Position numbers and translations under genes: made by a program. From NCBI GenBank assembly GCA_030429505.1, contig JAUIFI010000001.1, positions 660,001 through 692,000 of the forward strand: a stretch of 32,000 bases of DNA. The letters are read 5' to 3'. Source of the stretch: Candidatus Saccharimonadota bacterium (GTDB taxonomy: Bacteria > Patescibacteriota > Gracilibacteria > UBA4473). A model generated the notes under the pieces. It saw nothing but the letters and a program-made list of their open reading frames with translations, was not told the DNA's origin and ran no database searches. Shown here in pieces: positions 31,551 through 32,000 of this stretch; positions within the stretch are counted from its first letter, which is position 1; the number at the start of each line of letters is the position of its first letter.

Positions 31551-32000
31551 TTTCTAAAAGTTCTATGTATCTCCCAATGACCCAGCCGGTTTGATTTTCT
31601 GATATCTGAATCTCATACCAACCTTCACTTTCGGTGATGTACGGATATGTCTCCCCGGGAGAGACGGTCGCAATGATATTTCCATATGGTTCTGCCCTAG
31701 CATTGAGTGAGCCAGTTCCGGTAGGAAGGATAATGAGCTTTGAAACAGACTTTTCTGGGATCGTGGTTTCTTCTGAAACCGGAGGAATGATAATAATCTC
31801 TTCTGGAATATTTCTTTCTTGTATTGGTGGTGGAGAAATGGTTTTTGGGATCGGCGCAGGAGATGTAGTACTTGTGCTAGTTGTAGTAGCATTGTTAATA
31901 TTTCCTACTAAGTTATAGATAGGTAAGATAACACTAAGAGCTACCGAAATCACTCCTCCCCAAACAATGATGAGTAAAAGAGGTTCTAAAATGACAGTGA
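31534..32000 (-). CDS. Membrane-anchored Pro/Thr-rich protein with a C-terminal SH3b domain; 5' end lies outside the window
   Basis: The frame stays open past the listed GTG (31953) to the window edge (...TVILEPLLLIIVWGGVISVALSVIL). The C-terminus GSLNARAEPYGNIIATVSPGETYPYITESEGWYEIQISENQTGWVIGRYIE is bacterial SH3-like. It overlaps the next gene by 17 nt. Confidence 0.7.
   Translation of the reverse strand, partial: TVILEPLLLIIVWGGVISVALSVILPIYNLVGNINNATTTSTSTTSPAPIPKTISPPPIQERNIPEEIIIIPPVSEETTIPEKSVSKLIILPTGTGSLNARAEPYGNIIATVSPGETYPYITESEGWYEIQISENQTGWVIGRYIELLENDETE

Noticed and set aside
1-32000. Possible alternative genetic code (UGA recoding, as in some candidate phyla).
   Set aside because: The motif-bearing ORFs are full-length under the standard code. 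TGA also terminates several well-delimited genes (endonuclease at 15282, His-rich protein at 17702, 22011).

Overview
This 32-kb window comes from an AT-rich bacterial genome of uncultivated type. Its composition is mosaic: single 60-nt lines I counted range from about 28 to 57 % GC. The standard genetic code applies, because TGA acts as a stop at 15282, 17702 and 22011. I found about 40 genes and no rRNA, tRNA, CRISPR array, transposase or integrase.

Left third: a MacB-type ABC exporter with an unlisted 46-codon ORF bridging its ATPase and permease genes. Next is a copper-type module (a cupredoxin lipoprotein plus a Met/Glu-rich lipoprotein with a paralogous leader), bracketed by two secreted paralogs that end in T9SS-like C-terminal sorting domains. 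Then come a CNNM/TlyC transporter, an ECF sigma factor with a sigma-W-like promoter and a membrane partner, several envelope hypotheticals and a divergent PiT-like transporter.

Middle: a low-GC island carrying a type II R-M pair whose methyltransferase is collinear with M.HaeIII (GGCC). GGCC looks depleted across the window by my manual count. Also here are a Fur-family regulator with a His/Cys-rich 6-TM protein, a DM13 protein next to an exported MsrAB lipoprotein, and a divergent VOC pair.

Right third holds the most unusual locus, a tightly packed nine-gene array of at least 9 kb on the minus strand. In order it encodes an SH3b membrane protein, a GspH/FimT-like pilin, and a 735-aa PilV-like pilin fused to two tandem modules and a seven-repeat LVIVD beta-propeller. 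These are followed by a PilW-like, a PilX-like and a PilE-like pilin, a CHASE-PAS sensor with no output domain, a Cache-HAMP-PAS histidine kinase and a CheY-only regulator. I read this as a pilus-tip adhesin set physically coupled to its own sensory module.

All family assignments come from motifs read by eye, and none was checked against a database.
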